DNA of 63,613 nt, the filler included, from Octopus bimaculoides (lineage: Eukaryota), in NCBI RefSeq assembly GCF_001194135.2. It is 6 parts of 6 records of this genome, joined end to end, with 100 filler letters (N's around TTAATTAATTAA, not from the genome) between each part and the next. Parts side by side here need not be neighbours in the genome. Positions count along the whole stretch, not along the records: positions 62,129 to 63,613 come from NW_026353395.1; 5 more parts are not named here. One strand, written 5' to 3'. This document shows, piece after piece, positions 63,563-63,613 of this stretch; the stretch's first letter is position 1; every line of letters begins with the position of its first letter. The notes below the pieces were generated by a model. That model saw only the letters and a list, made by a program, of their open reading frames with translations, ran no database searches and was not told the origin of the DNA. The translations under genes were made by a program, and so were the position numbers.

Positions 63563-63613
63563 AATTATCCTCTGGAGGACATTCGTCCTCAGCCGCCTGG
63601 ATTACTGCTCACA

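Overview
Gappy, AT-rich, microsatellite- and SINE-laden eukaryotic scaffold. The repeat content suggests a coleoid cephalopod, probably Octopus; this is an inference and no search was run. Three host genes are recognisable, all on the + strand. (1) The 3' half (TM6-TM12 to stop) of an SLC6/NSS Na+-coupled transporter of the B0AT/SLC6A15-20 type, at 17225-27560. (2) A two-exon ESE/ELF-like ETS domain ending in a stop, at 38061-40413. (3) One internal exon of mitochondrial rRNA methyltransferase MRM3/RNMTL1, at 61427-61671. The rest is transposon relics (mariner, hAT-Buster, Kolobok-like, Penelope-like, RLE- and APE-LINEs, an LTR with a tRNA-Trp primer-binding site), three tRNA-headed SINE families, microsatellites and N gaps. 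Main finding: the SLC6 exon encoding EL4-TM8-IL4 (Na2/substrate-site helix) is tandemly duplicated as two intact 208-nt exons. Their phases force inclusion of exactly one, i.e. a mutually exclusive exon pair that swaps part of the transport core. Most listed ORFs are artefacts of N runs and microsatellites.
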